64,000 nucleotides of DNA from the human T2T-CHM13v2.0 reference genome, Homo sapiens: assembly GCF_009914755.1 (NCBI RefSeq), contig NC_060926.1; one strand, given 5' to 3'. The translations under genes were made by a program, and so were the position numbers. The notes under the pieces are model-generated. The model was not told the DNA's origin and did not search any database. It worked only from the letters and a program-made list of their open reading frames with translations. Below are positions 15,251-29,903 of the stretch, one piece after another; the stretch's first letter is position 1, and the number at the start of each line of letters is the position of its first letter.

Positions 15251-18200
15251 GCTGAATAGTATTTCGTTGTGTGTTTATACCACATTTCTTTATCCATTCA
15301 TCTGCTGATGGGCACTTAAGTTGATTCCATGTCTTGGCTGTTGTGAATAGCGCTGCAATTAACATGAGAGTGCGGATATCTTCTCGACATACCAATTTCA
15401 TTTCCTTTAAATACCTAATGGTGATATTGCTGGAGTATATGGTAGTTCTTTTTAAATTTTTGAGTAACGGCCACACTGTTTTCCATGATGGCTGTAATAA
15501 TTTACATTCCCAACAGTGTAGAAGGGCTCCCTTTTCTTCACATCCTTGCCGACACTTATCTTTCATGTTTTTGTTAATAACCATTTTAACAAGTTTGCAG
15601 TGATGTCTCATTGTGGTTTTAATTTGCATTTCCCTGATGATTCATGATATCACTGAGCAGTTTTTCATGTATTTCTTGGCTATTGGTATGTCTTCTTTTA
15701 AGGAATGATAGACATTACCTCTTGTCTTCCCCCTCTGGCTCCACTTCAGACAGCCAAGACCGTCAAATATTACCTTTGTCTCAAGCAAGATACGTTTGGA
15801 ACCCACTAACTTTTTCTTTCAGATTTTAGATTACCTCTAACTGCTGTTTTGTAATGTAGTTGGGCATGATGCCTATTCTCTAGCCTAGCATAATAAACTA
15901 CATAAAGAAAAGAAATGACATAGCTAAAATCATTCAATCATTTATATTTTATAAGCTTTGGGTCACCCCTTTCTCAATGTAACCATGAACTGTTTTCAAA
16001 GGTTATTTAATCACTTGGTGAAAAGCAAAACCTTCTATTGCAGAATACAAATAGAAAGGGTCTCAAAAGGATAAAACAGTTTTTTGTTTTGTTTTGCTTT
16101 TCTTTCTTTCTTTATGTATTTCAGCCCAGAGTGTGTAGGTGGGTTTGGACTTGGTATTCTTAATGCGTGGCTCATAGTTATTTCATCAGGCTGCTCTGAG
16201 GTTGTCCTGTAATACATTACCCATAAAGATACATTTTGACTTGGTTTTTAAATTAGGTTAGATAGAGACTGAATACTTAAGTCACCAGGGAACATGACAT
16301 CTGTCATACATTTCTCCTCTTTACCTTGATCCCATAACAGCTGTTACAGGTCTCATGTACAATAAATGTAATGTGGCCGCAGCCTGTCATTACCTCTTTC
16401 CAGATAGTGATTGTAAAATGCCTGGGTATCCCTTCAACTTTATGGGTATGAAGGGTAACTGAGCCAATGTAGCCAGGCCAATGAAATTTTAACACTCATT
16501 TCCCCAAAGGCAAAAGGCCAACAACAGGCTAGAGTTAAGGTGCTTTGCTTCATGAAGTAGAGGCCGGTTTGAAACATGAAATTTCAGATGAAAAATGAAA
16601 GCCAAAGTGGGTCAGAGTTCTTAATTCAACTTCAAGCTAGGTGGAGAAATACATTGACAACAGAGAGCCTTACAGATCAGGGTAAGACGGCTGCATACAC
16701 TGAGACTGAGACAAATATATGACCATGGCAAAAAATAGAAATTTGCATGTCGAAGGCCACCACCCATGCAGCCATCCATTGTTCTCCATGGTTATCTACA
16801 ATTACAGAGGAAAAGAAATCGATGCTAAACCATGTTGGAATTGAGTTAGGCTCAATTTTTATCTCTTTGGTAACTCTGAATTTTCTCTCTTCAGCCCATC
16901 TTAAATTATTTACTTTCTCTTTCACAATGTGAGCCATGAATATTTTGTTTCTTCATTTTGTTAATTTGCCAATTTTCCTTTGAGCTAAATGCCCTAGCAA
17001 TTTTAATTTTTCATTCGGGTTGGAAAGAGCAATGACCCTTTTTTTTCCATTATTACTATCACAGGCCTGGGCCCAGAATACTACTTTTTATGACCAGCAG
17101 TGTTGAGCCTATAATGGAATTGCAAAGTAGAGAGTATAATATACTGATATTGACTTGTGTTAAACCCAGTGGTGTGATCACTGATAATATTTATATGTTT
17201 ATGTGTATACATCCTTGCTTTTGTTGGCTTGCAACTAAGCACCAGAGAGAAGAACTAGAACCATAATATGGATAGATTGTGAACATGAGAATGTAAAAAA
17301 ATGAGAGAGAGTGCTATGTGAATAGGGCAAGTGATATAAAATGATGGCGATAGATGCAAGTATGATAACTAAAAAGTTAAGTATAGATTAAATTTAGATC
17401 AAGCACATTTAGGATTGTTTGGTTGGCATTTATTTCTTAGCTAAAAGAGGACCCAGAGACAGATGGGCTACTCATCTGATGGGCTGAGTACAAAGACAGA
17501 TGAGCTGCCGTGGCACCCAGCACACAGAGTTCGCTTAATATCTGAGTTTAATAATATTTTCCAGCTGTCAAGCATATCTGCAAATGTTTGTTTATCCTTC
17601 TGTTTTTTGAGCACATGTTCATGGAGGGGCAAGGGCATGGATGGGGTTAATTGGTATGAAAATGTACAGGAACCTTGTTTTCAAAATCATTTAAAAATCT
17701 GATTGCTGCTGCCATGCCTTCCCCTCCTACCCTATGTAATCTTGATTGCTGTGCAACTCTGTTTACGGCTGTCCAAAGCGGTAAAATGATTTTGTCATAC
17801 TTATCACAATAAAAAATGACCACATAGAGTGTCAACCAAAAGGCTTATTTATTTGATTCAAACTCTCTTCTCCTAATATGCGTGCACAGCTCCCATTAAC
17901 GTTAATGTGAATTACAAAGAACACTGAAGAAGGATAGACCCCTTTATCTCATTACTTTTCTTGGATAATGAGGTTTAGATTTGTTAACAGATCAGAACAG
18001 AAGTCCAGTGGATAAAATATTGGCTTAACTTTTAAAGAAATGGATATGCTAAAAGGAACTTTCATAGGCACTAAGGTAGAAGATACACTTTAATAAATAA
18101 ACTTCATTAGCATTTGAGGTTAAATATGCTTATTTAAGATGCTGGATTAATAAAATGCAAAATATTTCCTAATGGACCTATTTGCATACTCATATTAAAT

Positions 18201-18989
18201 AACTAATAAAATATATTAATGATAGTTTTATTCATATACATGTAAACATTCCTGAGTTCCTGGTGGGACTGTATTTGCCTAATTTACCTTGTTCCGTGTC
18301 CAGGTCAATGTCATGTCCTTGTGGGATGTTTACTTAATACTATTAGATAATGACATGTATAGATTTAATAATTTGCTTGGGGGGCAAATGGAATCCGTTC
18401 TTTGTTTAGTACCTTTTATCTGAGAACTTCAATGTAATTTACTAACATCCATCTTCAAGATGCATGAGAGATGAATGTGGCAAATAGCTTTGCTTTGCGT
18501 ATAATAAAGAATGAGACACTGAGAAGTGAAGCAGCCTCCCGAGAGCCTGTGAACTGATAGTGATACAAAAACCCCTTTTGACTTTTGTTCCTATGGTGTC
18601 AGCATCTAAAAATGCATGGACACCAACCACGCTTCAGTGTATACTTTCTTACACTCTGTAGCACCCATACTTATTTTTGCCATCCGTTGGATTTTCCTGA
18701 CAAGGCAACATCAAACCAGCAATTTAGTAACATGAGATGGTTCCTAATGAAGCAAGGAGACCTGAATCTTTGAAATAATAACTGTAACTGTTTTCCTCAC
18801 AGAATAGAAAAGAGGTTTCCCAGAACAATTAAAAGCAGATAAGAGATACATACATTGAAAAATAGATAGGAGATATACAAATATTTCATTGCACATTGAG
18901 GACTATTATCTCAATCCTGCTAAATAATATCCACCAGGATTTTGGAGACAGTCCAATTTTGCTTCTCCAGCTAACTGCTGATCATTTCT

Positions 18990-19340
18990 GCACAGTGGCC
19001 CTGCCACAACCTCAGCTTCAACATGTCTAAAATCTAATTCAGAATCTACCCATCTAAGTCACCAGCTCATCCTGACTCTCCCAATTCTGTTTGAGGCACT
19101 GCCAGGAATCCCGTGATGTCCGGGATGCCTCCCCCTTCCCATCTCCACCCTTCCGTCAGTCAACAATCTTGATATTCACAAAATACTGTCTCTTATATCT
19201 GGCCCTTCTTTTCCACTTCCACTGCCACCACTCTAATTCAATTTGTCATTGATAACTGGATTGTTGCAATAACTTACTAACTGATTTGCCTGCTTTATTC
19301 ATTTCTTCATTCCTGTTCATTCTAGGCATAGCTACCAATC
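18990..19340 (+). mobile_element. L2 fragment
   Basis: ttcaacatgtctaaaatctaattc...ccacttccactgccaccactcta...ctggattgttgcaataactt resembles the L2 3' region. Confidence 0.6.
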
Positions 19341-19389
19341 ATTCGTTTGTTCAGTTATTAGATATTTAATGAATGCTTTCCACACAAAA

Positions 19390-19610
19390 ATGCAATGTAA
19401 CGTAGTAGCAAAGAGAGCAGCTCTGGAACTATTCTACTTAGGCTCAAATCCAGCTCTACTTCCTTCTAGCTGTTAGTCTTTCATCTTACCCACTCTGTGC
19501 CTCAGTTTCCTCTCTTGTGAAATTGAAATAATAGCATCTACCTAATAGAGTGGCCCCGAGACTAAACGAGATAATAGATGATAAATGTCTGGCACATAGC
19601 AAGTTCTTAA
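19390..19610 (+). mobile_element. MIR
   Basis: ctctgtgcctcagtttcctctcttgtgaaattg core. Confidence 0.8.
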
Positions 19611-19665
19611 AACATAATCCATTCATAGTATTCTGCCTTGGGAGCCGAGATGTTTCCCAGTTACC

Positions 19666-19820
19666 TAGTGGTTCTCAAAGTCTGTCTGTACCCTAGGATC
19701 ATCTACAGAGCTTGTTATAGATTCCTGGGTTTCATTATCAGAGACTCTAATTCATTAGGTTTGATATGAGGCCTGGGAATCGCTGATGATTGTAATGCAG
19801 CCAGTCCCAGGGACCTCTAG
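19666..19820. mobile_element. MER5A-like hAT-Charlie relic
   Basis: ctagtggttctcaaagt terminus and ...gactctaattcattaggtttg...ggcctgggaatc. Confidence 0.65.
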
Positions 19821-20479
19821 AAAAATCATACTATTTAGTTTGGCATTCAATGCCCTCTATATTCTCGTCCCAGTTTGTTTGTTTGTTTGTTTGTTTGTTT
19901 TAGCGTTTCTCTCTCCAACTTTCCACTCTAACCAGATTATTCACTCTTACTCTCTTCACTGTTACCCAAAACAAGCTTTGTGAAGCCTTAAGATAATACC
20001 ATCACTTAGAATGACCGTCTTCCCCTGAGGCCTGCCAGGCTTCTGAAAGCCACCTCAAGCCCCATCTCCTTTATGAATTCTTTGATTTGCATTTCTCTCC
20101 TTCCCATCAAATTTTTTCTTACAGTCTGAGTTTTTCCATTGAGTACTTCCTGTAGGCCTGCTTGGTTTTTAGTTTTGAGTTTACACATCTGTCTCGTGCC
20201 CTTAATGAAATTGTAAATTCCTCTAAGCAGAGGGACTTCCTCTGCAATGTTTTTCTCTGTTTTGGCCCCTAATAATCTTTTGCTGAATGACTGACTGGTT
20301 TATATGGTGTGCTAATTGGAGTAGATTTATTTGGATATTAATGTGTTGTGCCCCTTTAGTCATTCTTGGTAATAGTATTGAAAATAATGAAAACAGTGGA
20401 AGTGGTTCAAAAATAAGAAAGAGGGTGAGCTGCATTGGGAGTTAATTATTTTTTTTTAATTTCTGCTTGAAGAAAAGGT

Positions 20480-20700
20480 TGAAGGATGAGTTAACTGGCA
20501 ATAGTAACTAGCTGTTCTCCATTTCCACTGAGGACAGTGCTAGAGAAAATGGGCCAAAATCACTAACGGGAAGAAATGAGGTTAGATATAAAAAAGAAGA
20601 CAGTTCTTAAGCACTGGAATGAGGTTTCTGAACAGGTTGTAGAATTGACCTCCCTGAAGTACTTTAAAAATAGGAAGGATAAATATCCATCTAAAATGAT
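20480..20700 (+). mobile_element. L3/CR1 3' fragment
   Basis: agctgttctccatttccactgaggacag...gaggttagatataaaaaagaa...tccctgaagtactttaaaaatagg. Confidence 0.55.
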
Positions 20701-21741
20701 ATGAAAAAGATTTGCCAATCAGCTCATTATTTGAATATCTATTAAGCACTACTCTCTGGGAAAACCCAGAAAAAAATGTACAACATGATCCTTTTACTTA
20801 AACTCCGTATCTAATTAAGATGACCCATAAATATGAAATCATTAGCAGTGAAAATAGGATTTAAAAGTAAGAGCTAAACTGTTAGGTTATCACCATAATT
20901 GGAGTTTAAATTCGGATATGTGCCCTTCTCTACCTCTCTACTCCTGAAAAACCTACTCCAGGCCTTTTTTTCAATGAGTGAATTTTCAGTGTCCTCTTTC
21001 CAACAGCATTTCTAGGTAAAATGGAGAAATCTCTGATCTTTTCTGAAATAAGTTATTCAATACTATTGAGCAAACAACTGCTAAGTACACAGCAAGCATG
21101 TTGTGATAAATATGAAACTAATCTTTTATTTTTTTCTAACATCGTCTTTCATTCATCCAACAAATATTGATTACCTAATAAGTATAGTCTTAGTACTTGG
21201 TTGGGAGATACCACAGTGAACAAGACAGATGTCTTTTCATTATACTCAAAATCTAGTGCCCACAACCTTTCCTCAAAGTGTGGTAGGGCATATAAGTTGT
21301 AATATTAAAATGCCATAAAATTGACTAAACCCCTTTAGATAACCAGAGCATCCTTGAATTACATAAATGATGGTTAAACCACTTGCAGTGTACTCAGTAA
21401 AGATACTGAATAGTAAGATGTCTGGATTTCCAACCTTAATTCTGTAACTGCCTTCTTGAATGAAAGTTTTTCTTCATCTGGAAGATGCATACTTCTTACC
21501 TACCTGCAATATGTGTATAAATTATCATCATGGTCATCATGTATTTGGTCACTGATTGAAACTGATTACAGGGTAGATATGTCTATGGGCTAAAATAGAA
21601 TGGGATTGGTTAGCTGGAAAGTCAGTTTCACAAAGTGAAATGGCACTGAATTCAGGAAAATAGACCAAGACTATTAACTTGTCAAAATGGAAAATATAGC
21701 CTTTAAATATAGTCATACACATGGTGCCCTTTGGTTTGAAT

Positions 21742-21833
21742 TAGGGTAACCAACTCATCCCACTTTGAACACTGAAAATCTCTTCCCCAGGAAACTCCTC
21801 AGTTTAAGGAAAGTGGGCCAGTCGATCACCCTA
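21742..21833. mobile_element. hAT-Blackjack MITE (MER81/MER94-like)
   Basis: Terminal inverted repeats tagggtaacc ... gatcacccta. Confidence 0.6.
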
Positions 21834-24111
21834 TTCTGCATACCCAATTTTATCTGATCCTTCCTCTCTCTTCTTCCTTCCCTCACCATTCTTTGTTTAC
21901 ATGCCAGTGTATATAGTCATAAAAATTCTCTGAAAAATAAAATGAAAGTTAAAAGTAAATATTTTTAATGCTACAAATTTAAAAACCATATACAACAAAT
22001 TTAAAATGTATATGAAAGAGTGGACAGTATAAAAGGAAGCTTGAGTGAACTTTTCTGTTATCTGAGTTTTTTTGTGCTTTCTTTAACTTGAGCTGCTGTC
22101 TGTTCTCCTAAGGCTTTCTTGGTATTAGAAAAAGCCACATAGCTCTGGAAATTAAAGTAGAAATGTCTCAGCAGAGAATAACTAAAAGCAGCATCCCACT
22201 TGCCAACAAAAGAATTCTTAAAAATATTATATAATTCAAAACTCAAAAAAGAAAGAGCTGGAGGGAACATCGACCAGAAATAATGGTTGCAACTTTGATT
22301 GCAGACAAACCCACCAGCGAACAGTAAAAACCCTAATTCTAGGGCTTTTGGTATGAGGTTCCTCCCATTGATAGGTTTCTTCTCCCCCAGGGACTGTAAT
22401 TTTCCACTTTAAATTTGAACTCTAGTCAATGTATAGTAAAAAATCAATATCATAGATTTGTTCTGCTTTCTTTATGCCTCCTGGAATTTTCAAAGTATGG
22501 GAATGAACAGCTTTTATGAAAAAGATGGACTATAAAATGAAAGATGGAGGACTTTGACCAATTTCCTAGACCTTTGACCCAGAAACACTATACCAGACCA
22601 GGATGTCATTGTCCCCTCCCTAGCTCTGTCATGTCTTTGTTATTCCCATACTATGAGGGCATTAAATGTCGAGTGATATGACGACTATCGCACTTTTGGA
22701 AAGGATCTTTGACAGGTTAACTAGAACTTGCTACCAGAATATTTGTCCTGTGTATCCTACCTTTTCATTTTAATTTTACTTTGCTATTTTCAATACAGCT
22801 TCTTTCCCTATATTGTGATGGGGAGAGGGAGAAACTCACAGAAAACTAAAGGGTAATCCCTTTAGCATTTAACATTTATACAAACAATAGTTCTTGCATT
22901 GTTAAAAACGAGCAAAGGTGCCAAAGAATTATTCCAACAAATGCAGACATGGGGACATGGTAAGTAATTCTCATCCCCTGGGCTGATCAAACTCCCTTTC
23001 CTGAGAGTTGCAATCCTTTGATCAGCCTTCTAACTCCACCTCACCCAGCATCTTAGTGTCAACAACAAGCTCAGGCCACACTTTATGGAGAAGTCATGGC
23101 CAGGCCTGATTCCTCTAGACTGGCATTAGAGCTAGTCTGGATCATCTTGGTATTTTCCACCATTTTTGTCATCACTTGAAAGACAAGAACCACGTCTTAC
23201 CATTTTTGTGTTCTCCTCAGTACCTCCGCCTTTGCCACATTTTCCCTTCCTCTCATATCCTCTCACATATATGGCCTCATTTTCAGGTTCCTCCTGGTCC
23301 TCTGTGAACTAAACACAGAGACAGATTGATTTTCAATAGCCTCTCCCGTGACCTTGGCCAGCTTGGTATAAATGCTTTCTACATCTGGCATCTGGTCACC
23401 CAGCTACAGAATTCAATAAACCAGTAGAGCACTGAGCAACCATGCCTCTTAAACAAAGCACTACCTCCCTAGCATGTCGGCTTCTACTCTGGAATCCGCT
23501 CCCGTAGCATTGCCTAGAATCCTCAGTCCTGCATGAGCCCCACTCTGAAGTCCATGTTCTTAGACTAGAGCACTGGCATAGTAGAGCTTGCTTATTTCTG
23601 ATGGGCCATCTCTAGAACACTTGATTCTGTCTTTCAACCCTATACATCCACAGTTGTAGGACCTTTTTCTTTGAACCTTGTGTATCTTATCTGACTTTAA
23701 AGTATTTATCTGTCATTTGCCTTCCTTACTGCTATGGTCTGTGTAGCTGGCAGAGTATACCTGGATGGACTGCTTCTAGACTACCTGGCTGACCTCTCTA
23801 AGTCAGCCTCTGTGCTTTTGTGTGATTTTCCTCTCCATTTTTCATCCTGGTTAGTGGGACTCTATCTAATTCCCTTCCCCAGTGATTCTACAATGTTGGG
23901 CACCAAATTTGCTGCTGTTCTTGCCTTGCTCATAGTGTACATTCAACAATGGATTGCTGAGCTAATTCTTGATTGTGAGAAATCCATTCTGGAAATAGTA
24001 ACTAACAATCAGTTTTTACTTACAGCTGCTTCCATAGGCTCATGTGACATTCAAATGACAATTAATGTTTTTTCTCCTGTAGTTTTTTTTCTTTTTTGCC
24101 CAAAATATTTA

Positions 24112-24391
<280 letters not shown>

Positions 24392-24392
<1 letters not shown>

Positions 24393-24503
24393 GAAAGAAA
24401 GAAAGAGAGAGAGAGAGGAAGGGAAGGGAGGGAAGGGTGGGGGGGAGGAAGGAAGGAAGGAAGGAATGAAGGAAGGAAGGAAGGAAAGAAGGAAGGAAGG
24501 GAG
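24392..24503. repeat. Compound (GAAA)/(GA)/(GGAA)n purine tract derived from the Alu tail
   Basis: Direct reading of the sequence. Confidence 0.93.
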
Positions 24504-25529
24504 ACTCAAATATTAATTCTAAAAGAGAGGAACAAGTCCTTGAACACTACCTTGATCACTGGAATCTCTGCTGGAAGGAACCCTCTTAATTTTGGAAATA
24601 ATATGTGTTAGAATGTACTAGTGAGCTCTGCTCTTCAGTTTTGCATTTTAAGTGTTAAACTCTAAATCTAACTGTCTATCATGTTTTATTCCATAAGAGA
24701 CGTATCAGCACATAGGGAAATAGTGGTAGGTTATAGGATGTAATAGAAATTCTAATAGACTGTTTAACAATAATATGGCAGGCAGATGCCATTTTAATCA
24801 GCATTGTCATTAACAACTATCAATAGAGAGGATAAGATGTTCTTCTCTTTGTGAATTATGATTTATGGCTGGCACAGCAGTCACGCTGAAGTATATTTAT
24901 TTTACAATATAGAGACATTGATTAAATGCACATGGCATCTCAAATCCAGTTGACATTTTAAGTCAAAATTATTACAGACACACAGCCATTCATTTAAGCT
25001 GTTGCTTTAAAAATGTGTCTCAACTGATTGTTAATGGAAGAAAGTCTAGCTGGGCCAATATTTCAACAACTTGTTCCTTTATTTTGCTGATATACATACA
25101 CTGGGGGAAAGCTGCCTCTTTTGGCCATACCATTTCTGGTGTATAGGCACTAAAGAGAAGAATACTCTCTTAAATACATACACTCAGGGTTTCTAGACCA
25201 CTCAGAAAGCATTCTCTTACTAGTGTAAAATTATTTTTTGTTCCCTTTCCATAGTTCTCCCTACCTTCTCTGAAAATCTTGCTTTCTAGCCTAACAATCT
25301 GCTTAGGAAGTAGGTCTTAAATAATTGATGATAACTGTAGCTAAAACATTAATATAGTTTAGAGATGATAGTTTTTGTAATATATGTTGCCAATAGACCA
25401 GCCACATTAAACAATAAAAGTGTTTGAGTATTGATTGTTGATTTACAAGATTGAAGGAAATAGTAATTGTGTCTGAGAGTATATTCTTTGATTCATTTTC
25501 TTATTTATGTCTTTTTAACCTCAAAACTT

Positions 25530-25825
25530 AGATTTTTTTAAAGTTTGTATTATGAAATAATTTTAGACTTACAGTAAAAGCTACAAAAAATAGCACAAAG
25601 AATTTCCTTATACCTTCCGCCCAGATTCCTCAGATAGTAACATTTTTTCTGAATTAGCTGTAGCATTCTCTCTCTCTTTCTCTCTCTTCCTCTCTCTCTT
25701 TCCCTCTCTCTCTCTCTCCCCCCGCCCATATGAATGTATATGCACAAATGCAGGCATGCATGCATTTTTCTCTTAATAACTTAACAGTGGTTGCAAACTT
25801 GATGTCTTTTTATCCTTAAATGTAC
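25530..25825 (-). mobile_element. Old L1M 3' fragment containing (CT)n at about 25667-25718
   Basis: tgaaataattttagacttacagtaaaagctacaaaaaatagcacaaagaatt is typical of an L1MC/MD 3' end in antisense. Confidence 0.6.
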
Positions 25826-27107
25826 TTTGAAGCTAGGACTATCACTGTATCATTTTATTATACTTTTGAGATAAGTCAAGAGTTGGCCTCAAGTAAACCT
25901 CAAAATAGCAAAATCAGAAATTACAAACAAGGAAGGTGGTAATTTCAAATATGATTACAAGTCAAGAAAACCATTTTTGTGGGGTTTATCACTATCTAAT
26001 CTAAAAACATAAATTAAGTCAGTGTTGACTCCTGGTAAATGAGTACAGATTTCCAAGAGCGAGGTGTACTTCTTTGACAATTAATGAAACTTCAGAAGTA
26101 AACCTCTGTAAATAGGTGCAAATATCCTTGTGATAAAGCGTCAGTAACCATTAAATTTGGTGCAGAGTGCTTGAATGAAATGGTGAACAGGAAAATATCC
26201 TGCTTGTTATTGTTAAAATTGTGCTGCAGAAGGATCCTTAGAAATTGAATACCATCTCTTTCTCAGACTTGTTATATTTTCCATTTTACTGCAAATGATT
26301 TATTGATAAGACTGGAGGGAAGGCTGGAGAAGCCATACCAGTCTTTGATCACCTTAGGACTTTTTCTTTTCAACACCTATTCATTTGAAAACATATTTTG
26401 AAAACATAAATGCACAAAGATAAATGTATTATGAAAGTTATAGTGGATTCATCCAGGAAATTTATACTTTGCCTAGTCAGGAAGAGTGGTCTGGAGAAAC
26501 AGAGCATACTCTGCCAGTCTTTTTATTTACATCTGTTAGGTAGTCGGGGTGTATTATGTTGGAGTGACCACTCCAGGTCAAAGTCTTGTGTCTTGGGAAA
26601 GAAGATGAAGCACAGTAATACAGGTTAGGTGTAGCTGGTGGAGGGTGTTGGGATGCATATCTGTTGAGGACCAGCACTTTATTAAGTCCCCAATTCCCTG
26701 AACATTCACGCCAGCTCTTACAAAAAACAAAGCAGTAGTATCCATGTGTGTTCCTCATCGCTGGCCTGTCCCAAAATTTTATCAATGTGATGATAACAAC
26801 ACTCGTGCACATGACCACATATTGCTGAATTTGTCCATATAGCTAACTGGAGATAGTTTGATTCTGGGTGAAACAAACAAACAAAAATATGAAGGAGTAG
26901 TAACGTTCTACAGAATCCTTTTCTTCCTTCTCTGTGATGAGATTTAATTAGATAGAGCTGCTGAAATCTGTTCTGTGCTTGTGAGTTAAATATGTCTTTG
27001 AATGTCTGTGCCCCAAATATCTCCCATGTAAAATATAATACAACTTTATGAAGCACTTTGAAACTTTCAGCCAAAAGAAGGAACGTGTGTTGTTATATCA
27101 TTATTAA

Positions 27108-27413
<306 letters not shown>

Positions 27414-28789
27414 TAACACCCCCTTTTAACATTGTTAAAATTAAACAGGTAGATAGCACTGTAAGTGTTTTAAGAATGTGGATATGTCATCACTTTTACA
27501 GCTTAACTGTATGCTATCAGGGTTAATGGTAAAGACAATGTCTAGAAAACAAACCTTATGTTTCCATGTTCTTGGAGAATCCACGTGCAGTTACACAGTA
27601 TTTATGAAGCACATGTAGAGCTCAACTTCTAAGGTACAGTCCTGAGATTACCTAAAAATTATGTACAGAATTTTAATTATGAGTATGTGTATTTTTGTGG
27701 AGAAAGAATCCATAATGTTTTTCTAATACGCAAAGGGGACTATGAAAAGAAGCTAAGGACCATTAGATAATGTAATCTAGCCTCTGTAGACTATTGATGT
27801 TCCCTACCTGACAAGTGGCTGATGTTCTTATTCAGCCCTCTGATTCTTTCCACTAATGTAGTCAACATTTAGCCCTGAAGGATACAAATCTCTGTCATGG
27901 GAGTAAAAATGTAACCCTCTGTGGAAGGAATAATGAGACATAAGAGTGTCTATCTCAACACCTTTCATGTCTCAGGGACATCTTCGGGATAAATCCTGGT
28001 TTGGAGATAAGTGCAGTGTTATGTCTACTGCAGAAGGGTGTTTATTAAAGATTGTCTTCTTTCTAGTACTCTCTAGCTAGATCCCATCAAGTGTAAACCA
28101 AATATAGCCCTCCCCAACATAAGAATTATGTTTGTTTTTGGTGAAGACTTTTAATGTTTGTATTTACCCATGCTTTTCCAGGATATCGTCAATGCTGAGG
28201 TCTTCTCTCTGCTGTCACAACTCAGACCAAGGAAATTTTAAGTATGTTTAGATACTTTCTTGAGTTTCATACCCCAAGACTGTATTACACACCTTCTTTT
28301 GTCAGGGGCTTTACAGTGTCTAACATAGCTAGGCTGTAATATCATACCTGGCCATTAGGTGTTGCTACGTCACACACTATGCTGCAAACTGAAAAATGAT
28401 TTAGTTTAGAATTTAAGAATCTGTAAAATAAATTCTTCTATTACTTTTTTAAATTTATACATTTAACATCTTTAATATAAGTGTACTTGAAGTAAGAAGT
28501 GGGTATGCTAAAATAAATAAAATATATAGATAAAGGTTACCCATATAATTTCAGTGTGATTGACAATTTATGCTTAGCCTAGTAGAACAACACTCATTTT
28601 TATTAAAATAAAAGATTAATACTTCTTTAAAAACAAGGATGTCCTATTTGATGCAAATTACTGTTCAAGAAAGTAACTGAAATTTCCTTTCTTGAAAGGG
28701 CAGGCCATTAGAGATATAAATAGAGTTGCAGGTTAATATATCAACTTTCTCTTTAAAATTAGTAATGTTTAAAAATAAATTGTTTCATT

Positions 28790-29700
28790 TCCACCTAGAT
28801 CACTTCCTCCTTCTTGACACTATTCCAGCTGTCATATTCTGTGATATTGTTCTCTCAGGGCATTCCTGTTAGCTTTCTGGCAGCTACTCCTAGCTATTCA
28901 TCTTATTAAAAGTTGTCATTCCCTATACCTCTATACCCAGTCCTCCTCTCTTCTAACCCTCCTCTCTCTTTCTCTGGGAGAGAAAGAGAGTCTGTAAACC
29001 AGACTCCACCCAGACTCTGGACTCATAATACATGATGCTTACTAAACGGTTTTCCCAGATGGTCCGTAGGTACCCCAAAATCAACCTGTATATTATAGAA
29101 TTAACTTTGCTTGTTTATCCTTACCAAGGCTATCCAATAAATCAAGAGGATGCTGTGTCCTTTTCTCTCACCTGTGAAGACCAATCCATCAATTCGTTAC
29201 CAAGTTCCACAAATTCTACTCTCTAAGAATCTAAATTCTCTCTCCATCTTCACTGCACTTCCTTAGTTCAAATTCTCCTAATTTCTCCCCAAATTAAAGC
29301 AATGACCTTCTGAATAGTCTTGATATTCTCTCCCAGCCCACTTACTACAGTACTGCCCATCTGATCTTCACAAACATATATTTGATCTTCTACCAAAATT
29401 TTTGCTGTGGTTTCACAGTTTCTTGAAGAGCTTAGATTTCTGAGGTGTTATACAATGTTCAACCTTTATACTTTTATGCTGCCATAGATAAGTACATAAA
29501 ATTATCATAATGTGCCATGACAGCATTAAGGTAGTCAATGCCTTGGGCTTTTCATATTCCCTGTGACTACAATGCCCTTTCCCCATCCTTCAATCCACAC
29601 TAACCCCGTGGTCAACTCTTAGTGATGCTTAAATGCTGGGTTCAAGGGTTCTTTGGAAGCCTTGCTGACAACAATTCTCTCCACACTCAGTACTGATAAA
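28790..29700 (+). mobile_element. L2, degenerate
   Basis: gatcacttcctccttcttgacac...ccaatccatcaattc...tctccatcttcactgc...aatgccctttcccca. Confidence 0.55.
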
Positions 29701-29729
29701 GATAGTTTACTAATATCATCTCATTGTTT

Positions 29730-29903
29730 ATTAGTAGTAGTAGTAGTAGTAGTAGTAGTCTCAGAGTCTTCCTCTATTGCCCAGGCTGGAGTGCAGTGGC
29801 GTGATCATAACTCACTGTAGCCTCAGACCCCAGGGCTAAGTGATCCTCCCACCTCAGCCTCCCAAATAGCTGGGATTGCAAGTATGAGCCACCGTACCCA
29901 GCT
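29730..29903 (-). mobile_element. Alu monomer (FRAM/FAM-like) with (AGT)n tail at 29730-29759
   Basis: gcccaggctggagtgcagtggcgtgatc...gagccaccgtacccagc as a single monomer. Confidence 0.85.
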
